This document shows positions 63,944 through 64,000 of a DNA stretch of 64,000 nt, piece by piece. The notes below the pieces were generated by a model. It searched no databases and was not told where the DNA came from. It saw only the letters and a list, made by a program, of their open reading frames with translations. The DNA comes from Comamonadaceae bacterium (GTDB taxonomy: Bacteria > Pseudomonadota > Gammaproteobacteria > Burkholderiales > Burkholderiaceae_C), in the NCBI GenBank assembly GCA_947373185.1, contig CANBWP010000013.1, positions 6,797 through 70,796 of the forward strand. Reading direction: 5' to 3'. The translations under genes were made by a program, and so were the position numbers. How positions within the stretch are numbered: the first letter of the stretch is position 1; every line of letters starts with the position of its first letter.

Positions 63944-64000
63944 GCACCATCGATTCAACGCGCTGCCCTCTTTGTCAGCAAGACAATCTGTGTGCCATGG
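63940..64000 (+). CDS. Cysteine-rich CWC-family protein (5' fragment, continues beyond the window)
   Basis: ATGA overlap with the DUF2127 stop. Begins MSTIDSTRCPLCQQDNLCAM, which resembles the CPxC..N.CA start of CWC proteins. Confidence 0.5.
   Translation, partial: MSTIDSTRCPLCQQDNLCAM

Noticed and set aside
1-64000. A search for tRNA/rRNA genes, CRISPR arrays, IS elements, integrases, phage or defence-system genes, and toxin-antitoxin pairs.
   Set aside because: I saw no cloverleaf-like or rRNA-like segments, and no spaced direct-repeat arrays. No transposase, integrase or recombinase motifs appear in any frame of the ORF track. The intergenic gaps are too short to hide such elements.

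Overview
This 64-kb window looks like a chromosomal segment of a moderately GC-rich betaproteobacterium. The Comamonadaceae/Burkholderiales-like assignment is inferred from five 'Bug'/TctC-type solute-binding proteins, a GcvA-type LysR and the overall gene content. I ran no alignments or HMM searches. All calls rest on motifs read from the supplied translations and from my own reverse-strand reading.

The window is densely coding, with about 65 CDS. I saw no rRNA, tRNA, CRISPR array, transposase, integrase or phage genes.

Recognisable housekeeping genes are icd, aroE, purT, selD-selU, pcp and rbgA/ylqF. The rest is accessory catabolic and transport content:
- A 12-gene, translationally coupled operon (2615-16028), divergent from the only transcription factor in the window (LysR). 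It combines a non-CODH molybdenum hydroxylase (CoxMSL-like plus a tail-anchored CoxG), an alpha/beta-hydrolase, a crotonase, a UbiD decarboxylase with Lys/Ala-rich tails, a Rieske oxygenase, a class II aldolase, a Gfo/Idh/MocA oxidoreductase and two orphan periplasmic binding proteins. A second UbiD paralog lies at the left edge. This is my best candidate for an undescribed (hetero)aromatic-acid pathway.
- A copper-acquisition operon: DUF2946 upstream ORF, TonB-dependent receptor, and a YcnI::PCuAC fusion protein.
- An alkylsulfatase-GMC oxidoreductase pair.
- A Bug / racemase-family / Ldh_2 / Bug module.
- A PhtD-like decarboxylase plus class II aldolase pair.
- A complete sugar ABC transporter.

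Several intergenic dyads, one decaying 12-bp tandem repeat and three clear rho-independent terminators are also reported. Start codons are best guesses.
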